A stretch of DNA of 52,596 nucleotides from an uncultured archaeon (GTDB lineage Archaea; Asgardarchaeota; Lokiarchaeia; Sigyniarchaeales; SOKP01), in NCBI GenBank assembly GCA_964583985.1, contig CAZOYD010000007.1:33788-86383 (forward strand), read 5' to 3'. The number at the start of each line of letters is the position of its first letter. The stretch's first letter is position 1. Below are positions 37,103 through 46,709 of the stretch, one piece after another. The notes beneath the pieces are model-generated. The model was not told the origin of the DNA. It did not search any database and saw nothing but the letters and a program-made list of their open reading frames with translations. The translations under genes and the position numbers were made by a program.

Positions 37103-39259
37103 ATGAATGGAATTTCCAAGGGATATTTAAAAAAGTTAAGAAATAAAAAGTGGAATCGATACTGGCGCATCCCAAGGTTATGCCTTTATCTTTTTGGGAT
37201 TGTCACGTTTTTTTGGTATTTTTGGTGCTTTATTGGTTTATTAATTGGAATTTTCTTATTTGTTTTATCAGAAGATCTTGCTTGGAAAAGGAATGGACTC
37301 CTACTATCTTACTCCATCGCGTTTATAACTGTTTTGATTTTTTATTATAAGGCATTTTCGCCTCTAAATTTAGCAATATGGTCTGGCTTAGGTATTTTTT
37401 TCTCATTTTTTGTGTTATTATTAATCACTGCTTTAATAAAGAAAAAATATAGGTTTATAGAAAGGTATAAACAGACGATAATCAAGTTTTATGAACAATT
37501 TTCAAGAAGAACGAAATTTGTTGCTCGAATTATGACAATCATGATCCCCTTGATCTTATGGTCAATTATAAGTATTGATGTTGAAGTAATATTTGACAAC
37601 AGCCCTCGTTTACTCTGGATACATGCTCCTTCAACTGCAACTGCAAATCAAACATTTGAAGCTACCATAGAAGCTTGGGATCAATTTGAAAGGTTAAGTG
37701 CAACATACGATGGATTTGTGACTTTTTCATTACTTTCATATAATCTAACAACATATGCAAAACTAGGTAGTCCAAAAGCTACTCTTCCGAATGAATATAG
37801 ATTTACAGGGCAAGTTTTTGGTTCTGATATTGCTTATGAAATACAAGATGGGAGAGATAATGGTATTCATGTATTTGAAATGAGTATTGAGACGTCTGGC
37901 ATCCATTATCTCTTAGTTAATGATAGTTGTACAAATAGTGTATATTTTAGCAATCCAATTTTAGTAAAAAATGATACATTTACATATCAAAGTATTGTTT
38001 GGGGTGATTTTCATACTCACACTGGACTTTCAGATGGAACTGGTACTCCTGAACACTCTTATTATTATGCTCGTTATATAGCACGTTTGGATTTTAATGC
38101 GGTTACCGATCATGGTGAAATCTTGATGTGGAACCCATTTGCCATGGATTATGTAAAATTAGTAACCAATGAAGCTTATGCTCCTAATAAGTTTGTGACA
38201 TTTCATGGGATTGAATGGACTCAAGTAAAAACGGGTCATTACACTTGTATTTTTAGTGGAAATCAGTTATTGAAGGATCCCATACTGTCCTATATATTAC
38301 TTCCAACAACTCAAGATTTATGGAATGCCCTAGATTCCTTCACAGAAAAGACGGGAGCAAGAGCGCTAGCCTTACCCCATCACACCACAAAAAAGGCGTA
38401 TCCGCAAGATTGGACCTATATAAATCCCAAGTATGTAAAAATCGCCGAAGTCTCTTCTGTTCACGGAGATTTCCTATTTGAACACGGGAATGAATTGAAT
38501 TATCGGGGAGCTATCGATCCACCTCTCGTGCATACTCGCGGTTCTTCAATAATGGATGCATTCACGATGGGATATCGAATGACATTATATAGTTCAAGTG
38601 ATGAACATGATGGACATCCAGGTCATAGTTTAAGCCATACGAGGGCATACATTGGTCATCAACGCCCTTTTAGCACCTGGCACACGAGAGATGAACATCC
38701 TTATCCAGGAGGCTTAACAGCGGTCGTTGTTGACAATCTTACTAGGGAAGGTGTATTTACAGGATTGGAAAATCAGAGAATTTATGCAAATTCAGACCAT
38801 GGAAGACCAATACTTCTATTTAATATCAATGGAACCAAAATAGGAGATAACTCTACACTTGTTGTGAGCAATCAAAATTCTCATAGATTAATAAATGTTT
38901 TCCTAGCACAAGATGGAGCTCCAGTTGCTAAATTATTTGAAGCAGCGTCTGTTACTTCTAATTGGGTACCCAATTGGGATGGATCTATTGAAATAATGAA
39001 AAATGGAAAATTATGGCAATCAATAGATGTATCAAGCCCTATATCCAATATATCTATTGTAGATACTACTCCAATCACTGGAACGACTTATGAACCTTAT
39101 TGCGTTGAAATTGATGGTCAGTTTTATGTTAATCAAGATAGCGATAATCCAATAGATCCCAGCAGTTTGAACACTCAAGGATTTGATTATTATTTAGTTC
39201 GATTTGTTGGAGATAATGGTAGAATGACTTGGGCTGGCCCCATTTGGGTTGAATATTAA
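37103..39259 (+). CDS. Membrane-anchored PHP-domain metallohydrolase (DUF3604/CehA-McbA-like)
   Basis: ~4 N-terminal TM; WGDFHTHT..SDG, VTDH, GIEWT..GH, PHH, SSDEHDGHPG. Confidence 0.8.
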   Translation: MNGISKGYLKKLRNKKWNRYWRIPRLCLYLFGIVTFFWYFWCFIGLLIGIFLFVLSEDLAWKRNGLLLSYSIAFITVLIFYYKAFSPLNLAIWSGLGIFFSFFVLLLITALIKKKYRFIERYKQTIIKFYEQFSRRTKFVARIMTIMIPLILWSIISIDVEVIFDNSPRLLWIHAPSTATANQTFEATIEAWDQFERLSATYDGFVTFSLLSYNLTTYAKLGSPKATLPNEYRFTGQVFGSDIAYEIQDGRDNGIHVFEMSIETSGIHYLLVNDSCTNSVYFSNPILVKNDTFTYQSIVWGDFHTHTGLSDGTGTPEHSYYYARYIARLDFNAVTDHGEILMWNPFAMDYVKLVTNEAYAPNKFVTFHGIEWTQVKTGHYTCIFSGNQLLKDPILSYILLPTTQDLWNALDSFTEKTGARALALPHHTTKKAYPQDWTYINPKYVKIAEVSSVHGDFLFEHGNELNYRGAIDPPLVHTRGSSIMDAFTMGYRMTLYSSSDEHDGHPGHSLSHTRAYIGHQRPFSTWHTRDEHPYPGGLTAVVVDNLTREGVFTGLENQRIYANSDHGRPILLFNINGTKIGDNSTLVVSNQNSHRLINVFLAQDGAPVAKLFEAASVTSNWVPNWDGSIEIMKNGKLWQSIDVSSPISNISIVDTTPITGTTYEPYCVEIDGQFYVNQDSDNPIDPSSLNTQGFDYYLVRFVGDNGRMTWAGPIWVEY

Positions 39260-39266
39260 TATATGC

Positions 39267-40202
39267 TTATATTATAAGAATTTTCTTTAAGTCTTCTGGT
39301 TCTACTTGTAATAGATCTACTTCTGGCAATCTTTCGGTAAGAATTCTCCAATTATCATCTTTCTGAAACACATCCTTGAATAAAACTAATGATTCATCAA
39401 TTTTTTTGCTATTTGCGAGAGATACCGCAGTCCAATACTTCAATTCAAGATTATCTGGAACCATTTCCATTCCTCTTTTATAAAATTCAAGAGCATCATT
39501 AATCTTTCCCTTTTCCATTGCTTGATCTCCTTTATCACATTGTTCATATGCTCTATAAAGTGTTAAAAGCCTTCGAATTTCTTTTAGTGGTTCTTCATGA
39601 TCATCTACCCTCAAGTCCATTAATGGTTCTTCCCATTTTTCGGTAATTGGGTTTCCACCAAATATCACTATATTCGCAGATTGTTTTCCCCTAATATCTC
39701 CACCAACTGTTTCAGCAGCTTCTAAAGCGTTAATAATGCGTTCAGGTAGTGGTAATCCTTTACTCTTTTCAAATGCTTCAGCCATTAATGGCCAAACTTG
39801 TTCAGAAAGCATCATGTTGGCTTGCACCGAATAATTTTCTCCTATTTTGTGTCCAGCATGCTTAATGCATTTTACACCAGTATGAGTAGCAACTCTTCCT
39901 TTAGCGTCTAAAATTGATACTTGTCTAACATCTCTTCCTTCATCTTCTGAAATAAGCTCATTTAAAGTATCTTGGGGGGATTTTCCTTTTTTTAATAACT
40001 CAAGACCTCGTATGCCAAATGATTTGTTTACAAATGCTTGCGTTGCAACAACTCCTATTCCAGATTCACCCCATGTGACAATGGAAACATTAAAATAATG
40101 GCTTTGCACACCCACTCCCAATTGTCCCGTTTTTTCATCTCTCGCTACAATTGAATAAGTATGCGCGAATGGATAATCTTTATAGTTATTTTGAATTTTC
40201 AT
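39267..40202 (-). CDS. DUF1028 Ntn-hydrolase family protein with C-terminal TPR-like helices
   Basis: HTYSIVARD..TGQLGVGVQS, VATQA, QANMM, GGDIRGKQSA, DLRVDDH. Confidence 0.88.
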   Translation of the reverse strand: MKIQNNYKDYPFAHTYSIVARDEKTGQLGVGVQSHYFNVSIVTWGESGIGVVATQAFVNKSFGIRGLELLKKGKSPQDTLNELISEDEGRDVRQVSILDAKGRVATHTGVKCIKHAGHKIGENYSVQANMMLSEQVWPLMAEAFEKSKGLPLPERIINALEAAETVGGDIRGKQSANIVIFGGNPITEKWEEPLMDLRVDDHEEPLKEIRRLLTLYRAYEQCDKGDQAMEKGKINDALEFYKRGMEMVPDNLELKYWTAVSLANSKKIDESLVLFKDVFQKDDNWRILTERLPEVDLLQVEPEDLKKILII

Positions 40203-40280
40203 AATATTATCTTTGAATTAAGATAATAAAAAGTTTCTATTTGTAAAAATCAAAGAAATATTAAAATTCAAAGCTCAAGT

Positions 40281-40868
40281 TTAGACCCTTAGCGAGCCAC
40301 GAAACGCCCTAGCACCATAGAAAGAGGGTGCACTGTTATGATACACGAAGACATGATCATAGCGGCAATCAGCGAAGATTGCACCACCAAGTTTTCTAAT
40401 ATCAGAAGGTGTTTTCACCCAACTCGACGTCTTCGTATCAAATTTTCCAAATTTCTGCAACTCTCGATATTCTTCTTCCGTTAAAATTTCAATGCCCATT
40501 GTTGCTGCCATATCAATAGCGTTACCTTCTGGATGCACCCCCTTCTTTTCCTTTGTTTCCTGCCCTTCATGGTCATAACAAACATTTCTACGGCCTTTAG
40601 GACTTTCCGTTGAACAATCATAAAAAATATATTCCCCCGTCTTTTTATCATGACCAATAATATCCGGTTCACCGCCAGTTCTTTCCATTTCATTGAGTGA
40701 CCACAGTTTTTCAGTATTAGCTTCCAGCTTTGCTTGTACTTTAGCCCATTCAAGACCTTTATGGCGGTTCATGTTTTTCTCAAAACGGGCTTTCAATGCT
40801 CTGAGTAGTTCTTCACGTTGTTCTGGTGACAACTCTTTTTTGAGCTTGCGCATAATCATAGTATTCAT
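40281..40868 (-). CDS. DUF4256 domain protein
   Basis: LKARFEKNMNRH, MERTGGEPD, ESPKGRR, FDTKTSSW, IRKLGGA, FRGSLRV. Confidence 0.88.
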   Translation of the reverse strand: MNTMIMRKLKKELSPEQREELLRALKARFEKNMNRHKGLEWAKVQAKLEANTEKLWSLNEMERTGGEPDIIGHDKKTGEYIFYDCSTESPKGRRNVCYDHEGQETKEKKGVHPEGNAIDMAATMGIEILTEEEYRELQKFGKFDTKTSSWVKTPSDIRKLGGAIFADCRYDHVFVYHNSAPSFYGARAFRGSLRV

Positions 40869-40984
40869 CCCGAGTTTATAAAATCATCTATATAATGCGA
40901 GTTTTACTCTACTCCTCAATTAAAACTTTCTAAAAAGGATGATTATTATGAAACATGAGAAAAATCAATAGAACTTTGCTCCTA

Positions 40985-41021
40985 TTGTGGTATACGACCA
41001 CAAATTAAGGATCCTTAATTT
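40985..41021. repeat. Abutting inverted repeats: 7-bp stem-loop plus perfect 20-bp palindrome
   Basis: TTGTGGT-atacg-ACCACAA (40985-41003) and AAATTAAGGATCCTTAATTT (41002-41021). Confidence 0.8.
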
Positions 41022-41026
41022 TTATG

Positions 41027-41422
41027 CTATAATTGTAATAATTCTTCTTTTGATATCTCTTGTCGATGCTTTTGATCATCCCAAAGTTTACGATATATAT
41101 AGAAGTATTCGTACAAATCGAATTTATTGGAAGAATAAATTAAAAGTCCTTTTTGAATAACTTGAATCTTGATATATAGTGGTAATTCATTAAAAACACG
41201 AATATCATATTTTTTTGCATTAACGTTGATATTTTGCAAAATAAATGAAATTAATTCATAAATATCTTCATTGGGAGCAACAACACATATGTCGATATCA
41301 CTTCTATTTGAATTTCCTTCTTTAATGGAAGATCCATATAATAATATGCCTAAAATCTTTTTATTCTTGATTATTTCAGAAAAGTCATCAGCAATTTGAT
41401 TTAATAATTTGTCTTTAACCAT
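41027..41422 (-). CDS. Minimal nucleotidyltransferase antitoxin (MNT/MntA)
   Basis: LYGS-x10-DID (GSX10DXD), LPLYIKIQVIQKG. Confidence 0.9.
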   Translation of the reverse strand: MVKDKLLNQIADDFSEIIKNKKILGILLYGSSIKEGNSNRSDIDICVVAPNEDIYELISFILQNINVNAKKYDIRVFNELPLYIKIQVIQKGLLIYSSNKFDLYEYFYIYRKLWDDQKHRQEISKEELLQL

Positions 41423-41838
41423 TCTTTAACACTCACCTTGAACTCCTTTAAAGGATTTAAAAGATCTTTAATTCTATTGTATGCAATACAATTATCCAAA
41501 CCATTATAATCATGCACTATGCGATTTCTCAGACCATTAGCTTCTTTTAATTTTGCAGCTAAATTTGAGGATATGATTTTTTTGTTTTCTAAAATTTTGA
41601 TATTAGAATAATCATCTTTTGGAATCGTTCTAAGATCTTTCACCATCATCGCTACTAAATCAGTAATGATCTCGATTCCAATTTGGAAAGCGTGATAAAT
41701 TCCATATTGTTTTTGTAAGTTTATGCTTTCAACAAACTCTCTTGAATCAATATCGCCTATCCAATCACATAAATTTTCCGCCGTTTGATTTAAATACTCT
41801 ATTTTATCAGAATATCGCTTTATTCTTTCTTCTTCCAT
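41401..41838 (-). CDS. HEPN (DUF86/HepT) RNase toxin
   Basis: GLRNRIVHDY Rx4H motif with following Tyr; overlaps the MNT gene. Confidence 0.9.
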   Translation of the reverse strand: MEEERIKRYSDKIEYLNQTAENLCDWIGDIDSREFVESINLQKQYGIYHAFQIGIEIITDLVAMMVKDLRTIPKDDYSNIKILENKKIISSNLAAKLKEANGLRNRIVHDYNGLDNCIAYNRIKDLLNPLKEFKVSVKEWLKTNY

Positions 41839-41921
41839 CCTATTAATATTATTTCTTTCTATTTATTTGAATCTATGCAATTCTAAATTAAAATTAAGAA
41901 CTTTATTCAAAATAATTAGCT

Positions 41922-43304
41922 TTATTCTAAGGTATATTTCATCTTTTCAACAGGTTGCCATAATATCTGAGCTTTTTCAACCCAATCTTCAAAGTTACTG
42001 GGATCTTCAGGATATTCTTCATAATGCTTGCGAATTTTTCCAGAAATTCCCATGTATCTGAGCATTGTCGAGAGTGCTTTTCGTGAGAACTGTCGTGTTA
42101 TTAACCCCCATAAAAATAAGCCTACAATTTTTACAAGCCTTCCAAAAGGTAGATCAATCTCGAGGTTTTCCCACATTGATGTAAAATCCCTTCCGCTGAA
42201 AATGAAACTCTTTTTAAATAAGTATGTTACATCTTTTTTGGTAGTATTAGCTGCTCCAGGTATTTGAGCTAGTAATGCAGCGAGTTTCGCCCCTTGACCT
42301 CTAAAAAACCTAACATTTATAGACCATAAATTCTCTTGGTTTAATTCTATATTCTGATTTAAACATTTATCAATTACATCTATAGCAATCAAACTTGCGT
42401 TCCATGAGGATTCAATTGCTTCTCCACTAAAACTTTTTGACATGCATGCACTATCACCGACACAAAAAAATCCGTTTCCAACTAATGAAAAGGGGGATCT
42501 CCTATAAGCCGTTGTTGCTTTATGGACCTCAAGAACATCATATGGAGGTAAAGGGACATCTTGCAGGAAAATTTGCATGGCTTTTTCTTGGTTTTCATAA
42601 CTACCCGGTTGTCCACCTCCAAAAATGTTTGCATTTGGTAAAAAGTGAGGGGCTAACCATGTTTTATAATAAAGCCAAGATATAGATTCCTCATACTGCC
42701 CCAAACCAGGATGAGGCTCGTCAGGATTTTTCCATTGAATGACCCGTTGAATCACATACATTTTTTCATCATCTTCGATTTTGAAGGTTTCTACTCCTAA
42801 ATCAGGCGGAAGGGATCTCCGTACAATCGCTGAAGAACCTGTTGTATCTACAACCAGTTTCCCAAATGCTTCAATTATCTTACCATCTTTCTCATATTTA
42901 ATTCCGCTTAATTTATTTTCCTTTATAATTGGTGCCTTGTATTCAGACGAGTACTCAAAAATAACCCCATCAGCTTCTGCTAATTTCACTAATCGTTGTA
43001 TAAAGAATTGAAATCGCATGGCGGTCACAGGATATTTCATGACTTGTTGATATTTACCATACGGTCCATAATATGACGTCCATACAAAATTAGTAATGAA
43101 TTCGTCTGTTCCTTCTGAGGGTGGAGCAATACCATATTTTTCAAAAACCATCGTTTCCAAATGAAATTGATCCATTTTTGACCCACAATGCTCTCTTGAA
43201 TCGCGCTCAACAATCAATACAGAATGAGCTTTTCGAGCTAGCTGCCACCCAAAATATATGCCTACAGGTCCTGCTCCTACGATAATGATATCTTTGTAGT
43301 TCAT
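41922..43304 (-). CDS. FAD-dependent oxidoreductase, geranylgeranyl reductase-like
   Basis: IIIVGAGPVG, VVDTTG, CVGDSAC.SKSFSGEAI. Confidence 0.75.
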   Translation of the reverse strand: MNYKDIIIVGAGPVGIYFGWQLARKAHSVLIVERDSREHCGSKMDQFHLETMVFEKYGIAPPSEGTDEFITNFVWTSYYGPYGKYQQVMKYPVTAMRFQFFIQRLVKLAEADGVIFEYSSEYKAPIIKENKLSGIKYEKDGKIIEAFGKLVVDTTGSSAIVRRSLPPDLGVETFKIEDDEKMYVIQRVIQWKNPDEPHPGLGQYEESISWLYYKTWLAPHFLPNANIFGGGQPGSYENQEKAMQIFLQDVPLPPYDVLEVHKATTAYRRSPFSLVGNGFFCVGDSACMSKSFSGEAIESSWNASLIAIDVIDKCLNQNIELNQENLWSINVRFFRGQGAKLAALLAQIPGAANTTKKDVTYLFKKSFIFSGRDFTSMWENLEIDLPFGRLVKIVGLFLWGLITRQFSRKALSTMLRYMGISGKIRKHYEEYPEDPSNFEDWVEKAQILWQPVEKMKYTLE

Positions 43305-43384
43305 GTATAGGAAAAATAAGAGAAATATAAAAACGTTTTTAAGATAAGTTCATTATATAAATTTTTATTATTTCATCTAAATCA

Positions 43385-43609
43385 CTAATAGAAATTTCTA
43401 TACATTATAAATATGAGATATAATGCACCTAAGGGTGCAATAAGCAGATCATATTTTTTAAAACGAAATAAAAATTCTCTTTTTTTTAAAAAAGAAAAAA
43501 TATCCGTATCATGAGTAGCATTACAAGTAGAACAAATATATTTGTTTAATTCTTCATTGTGATTAAGTTTACTGTCACAGATGTTACATTTAATATTTTT
43601 ACTTTTCAT
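43385..43609 (-). CDS. Small zinc-ribbon protein with C-terminal hydrophobic helix
   Basis: CNIC-x14-CSTC then LLIAPLGALYLIFIMY. Confidence 0.6.
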   Translation of the reverse strand: MKSKNIKCNICDSKLNHNEELNKYICSTCNATHDTDIFSFLKKREFLFRFKKYDLLIAPLGALYLIFIMYRNFY

Positions 43610-43719
43610 ATATAATCAAATTGACTACTTCTTTAATACTTGCGGTTTAGACTTTTTGCTATATGAGAAAAAATTATATTTAAAAATGCTGCTGTTTTTT
43701 AAATCTAAAGGTGATTTTA

Positions 43720-44751
43720 TTGATTGAAACTAACATAACAAAAATGTTTGGTATTAAATATCCAATTTTTAGTGCCCCAATGGGTCCATTTTTTACACGA
43801 GATTTAGCTTTAGCAGTTAGTGAGGCTGGAGGATTGGGTGTTCTATCAAATGTAAATATTATTGGAACTGATCCTGTAGAGGAACATAAAAAAAGCATAG
43901 AATACATGATAGAGCATACAGACAAGCCTTTTGGTATTAATTTTCTTACTTCCCGGAATAACCCAGGAGTTAAGGCGATGGTTAGAAACATTCCGAAAAT
44001 CGTCATGGGCAATGTTAGAATGCGAGATCAATGCAAGTACTGGTTGACTTCTGCGGGATCTTCAAAAATATTGCCCGCATCAAAATCATTTCAAGAATTA
44101 AGAGCAAATTCGGAAGTGAAACATTTTCACGTAGCACCCGCAGTATGGTTGGCACAGAAATGCATAGAAGCTAATGTGGATGGAATAGTCGTTACTGGTA
44201 CTGAAGGGGGAGGTCATCAATCATATGAACGAGTGTCAACTCTGGTATTATTACAACAAATAAACAAAACTTTCCCTGATTTACCTAAAATCGCCTGTGG
44301 GGGATTTGCTACTGGAGAGTCTTTAGCTGCAGCACTTTCATTAGGAGCAGGTGCAATAGCAATGGGTTCACGCTTTATCGCATCAAAAGAAAGCGAATTT
44401 CATAAAGATTACAAGGCATTGATTCCACCCGGAAAGCCTCAAGATACTGGGCTTTATACTGGAGCATTTGGTCCAATTCGCTTGTATAAAAATAAATATG
44501 CACTCTCACACCCAGCTCCTAGTAGTAAAGAAGAAATGATTGCTTATGAAGAATCAATAACTCCAGAACAGAGAGTGAAAGACTTAGGCGCCTATGATAG
44601 GGTTTATTCAGGAGATATGGAAACAGGTGCCGTGCTACTAGGACAATCAATTGGAATAATTGATAGCATTGATGGAGTAAATGAAATCATAGAAAGAGTA
44701 ATGAGGGACGCTGAAAGTGCAATAAGGAAAAACATGTCAATGTTAAAATAG
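43720..44751 (+). CDS. Nitronate monooxygenase / FabK-like FMN oxidoreductase
   Basis: GIKYPIFSAPMG, AVSEAGGLG, GTEGGGH, ACGG, MGSRFIASKES, GQSIG; TTG start after GGTGAT. Confidence 0.88.
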   Translation: MIETNITKMFGIKYPIFSAPMGPFFTRDLALAVSEAGGLGVLSNVNIIGTDPVEEHKKSIEYMIEHTDKPFGINFLTSRNNPGVKAMVRNIPKIVMGNVRMRDQCKYWLTSAGSSKILPASKSFQELRANSEVKHFHVAPAVWLAQKCIEANVDGIVVTGTEGGGHQSYERVSTLVLLQQINKTFPDLPKIACGGFATGESLAAALSLGAGAIAMGSRFIASKESEFHKDYKALIPPGKPQDTGLYTGAFGPIRLYKNKYALSHPAPSSKEEMIAYEESITPEQRVKDLGAYDRVYSGDMETGAVLLGQSIGIIDSIDGVNEIIERVMRDAESAIRKNMSMLK

Positions 44752-44822
44752 TCTCACTTTTTTTTTATAAATTCTTTTATTCAGATATATCTAAATTATT
44801 ATAAATTAGGAAATTAAATATA

Positions 44823-45428
44823 ATGGAGACATATTTAAATTCTACCTATTTCATTGATTCAGATTCCAAAGTTGTTCGAAAAAAAGCTAATGAAATTCTT
44901 AAAGAGGTAATGGATCAGAAAGAAAAGGCAATTAGATTATTTTATTGGACGAGGGATGAAATAAAATACGATGCCTACAGTCTTTCTTCCATGAGAAGGC
45001 GATATAAAGCTTCAAATATCATTCAACAAGGAAAGGGATGGTGCGTTCAAAAAGCTGTTTTATTAACCGCTCTTGCTCGAGCTGTTGGTATTCCCGCTAG
45101 ACTCCATTTTGCAGATATTAGAAATCATCAAACACCTGATAAATTGAAAGATATGATTGGTACGGATATTTTTCTGTATCACGGATACACTGACTTTTAC
45201 TTGAATGATAAATGGGTTAAAGCGACTCCAGCATTTAACAAGGAATTATGTGCTAAATTTGGATATAAAACGGTAGAATTTGATGGAATTCATGATGCCA
45301 TCCTTCCAAGCACTACTTTAAATGGTGATAAATACGTGGAATATTTAAATGATAGAGGAACAAGTCATGAACTACCTTTTAAAGAAATAATTCGTACCTT
45401 TTTTGACTATTACCCTTTTAATAAATAA
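44823..45428 (+). CDS. Transglutaminase-like domain protein
   Basis: GWCVQKAVLLTALARAVGIPAR, YHGY, WVKATPAF. Confidence 0.88.
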   Translation: METYLNSTYFIDSDSKVVRKKANEILKEVMDQKEKAIRLFYWTRDEIKYDAYSLSSMRRRYKASNIIQQGKGWCVQKAVLLTALARAVGIPARLHFADIRNHQTPDKLKDMIGTDIFLYHGYTDFYLNDKWVKATPAFNKELCAKFGYKTVEFDGIHDAILPSTTLNGDKYVEYLNDRGTSHELPFKEIIRTFFDYYPFNK

Positions 45429-45454
45429 GAAAAGTAAAAAAGAAAAATTTTATT

Positions 45455-46615
45455 TTAGACAGTAGATCTGGCATCTACATTTACGCTACCAGTGGTTGTG
45501 CTACATGCGAATGTATACGTATTCACAAACGAGTCACCATAATTCATGCTTGTAATCACATCGCTTGCGCGTGAAAACTCTGTAGGTAAATATATATAAT
45601 TTATACTTCCTAGACCCGTTGAGCTTGCAAATTCGACACCAACATCTGCAGATTCATCTCTGTATATAACATCAATACTTCCCGTAGTTGTTTGGATCGT
45701 ACTAGTGATATTTGCACCCATATCATTAGCTTGATTAATATCCACAGTAATACTACCTGTTGTAGTCATTAAATTTAATGTACTATCCGTAGTGTAAAGA
45801 GTATTATTCATGCTTAGTTCGATACTTCCTGTAGTCACAGTTCCGATTAAATTATCACCTAACCTGCAAGATGTTAAACTTATATCCATTGAACCAGTGA
45901 CAGTTTCTAAATTTATTCCGTGATTAAAATTAGTAATATCTGAGGATAGATCTAAACTTCCAGTAACAGTACTTAAATCACACCCACTCTCAAAAGTTGA
46001 ATTTTCTAAAGTTACGATTTTTAAAGAACCAGTAGTCGTTGCTAAATTAACATCGCCGAGAAATTTAGTATTTTCTTTAGAAACAAAATCAATAGACCCT
46101 GTAGAAGCTTGCATGTTGATGTCATTTAATTCCACGCCATCTGCAGTAATCATTTCGATGGATCCCACACTCGCGATTGCGGTTATATCATAAACGATAT
46201 CGGTTCTCAACGTCACATCAATAGTAATATCATAAGATTTAAACCAATAGGAGGGATCAAACCAGACATCAGGAAGAATTTTCAGATAAAATTCATTTTC
46301 TAATGGCCACCACTCAGTATCGGGAGTAAAAAATGCTGTATAATCTTTCCCTTGCATGAATAATCCAAAAATCTGAATATCAACATCTACAACAGCATAA
46401 TGGGCAGTGTTAGAACTATTATATTTGAAATTTATTTTGCCTATATCAGTTTGAATTTGTAATGACTCAACTGAGGAAGGAACACTAGGATTATAGTTAA
46501 AAGTAGCTCCTTTTTCTATACTTCCAGAGGTTGCAACTCCTGTAATAAAGAATCCAATAGTACCACCTACCAATAAGGCTGCAATAAATATTATAAGAGT
46601 TTTATACAATTTCAT
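45455..46615 (-). CDS. Membrane-anchored DUF4097/adhesin-like beta-strand repeat protein
   Basis: N-terminal TM; about 10 repeats of xTxTGS[IL]x[LV]. Confidence 0.75.
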   Translation of the reverse strand: MKLYKTLIIFIAALLVGGTIGFFITGVATSGSIEKGATFNYNPSVPSSVESLQIQTDIGKINFKYNSSNTAHYAVVDVDIQIFGLFMQGKDYTAFFTPDTEWWPLENEFYLKILPDVWFDPSYWFKSYDITIDVTLRTDIVYDITAIASVGSIEMITADGVELNDINMQASTGSIDFVSKENTKFLGDVNLATTTGSLKIVTLENSTFESGCDLSTVTGSLDLSSDITNFNHGINLETVTGSMDISLTSCRLGDNLIGTVTTGSIELSMNNTLYTTDSTLNLMTTTGSITVDINQANDMGANITSTIQTTTGSIDVIYRDESADVGVEFASSTGLGSINYIYLPTEFSRASDVITSMNYGDSFVNTYTFACSTTTGSVNVDARSTV

Positions 46616-46709
46616 ATTATTTTCCTTGAATTTGAATATTTTATGATTAAGAATAATTTAGTTTGGTGATATTTAAATTAAATTTAATCCAATATTTGAT
46701 ACCCTAATT

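Noticed and set aside
45455-46200. Periodic ACT/GGA/AGT-like DNA repeats
   Set aside because: Explained by the protein-level TTGS beta-strand repeats; not a CRISPR or DNA repeat array
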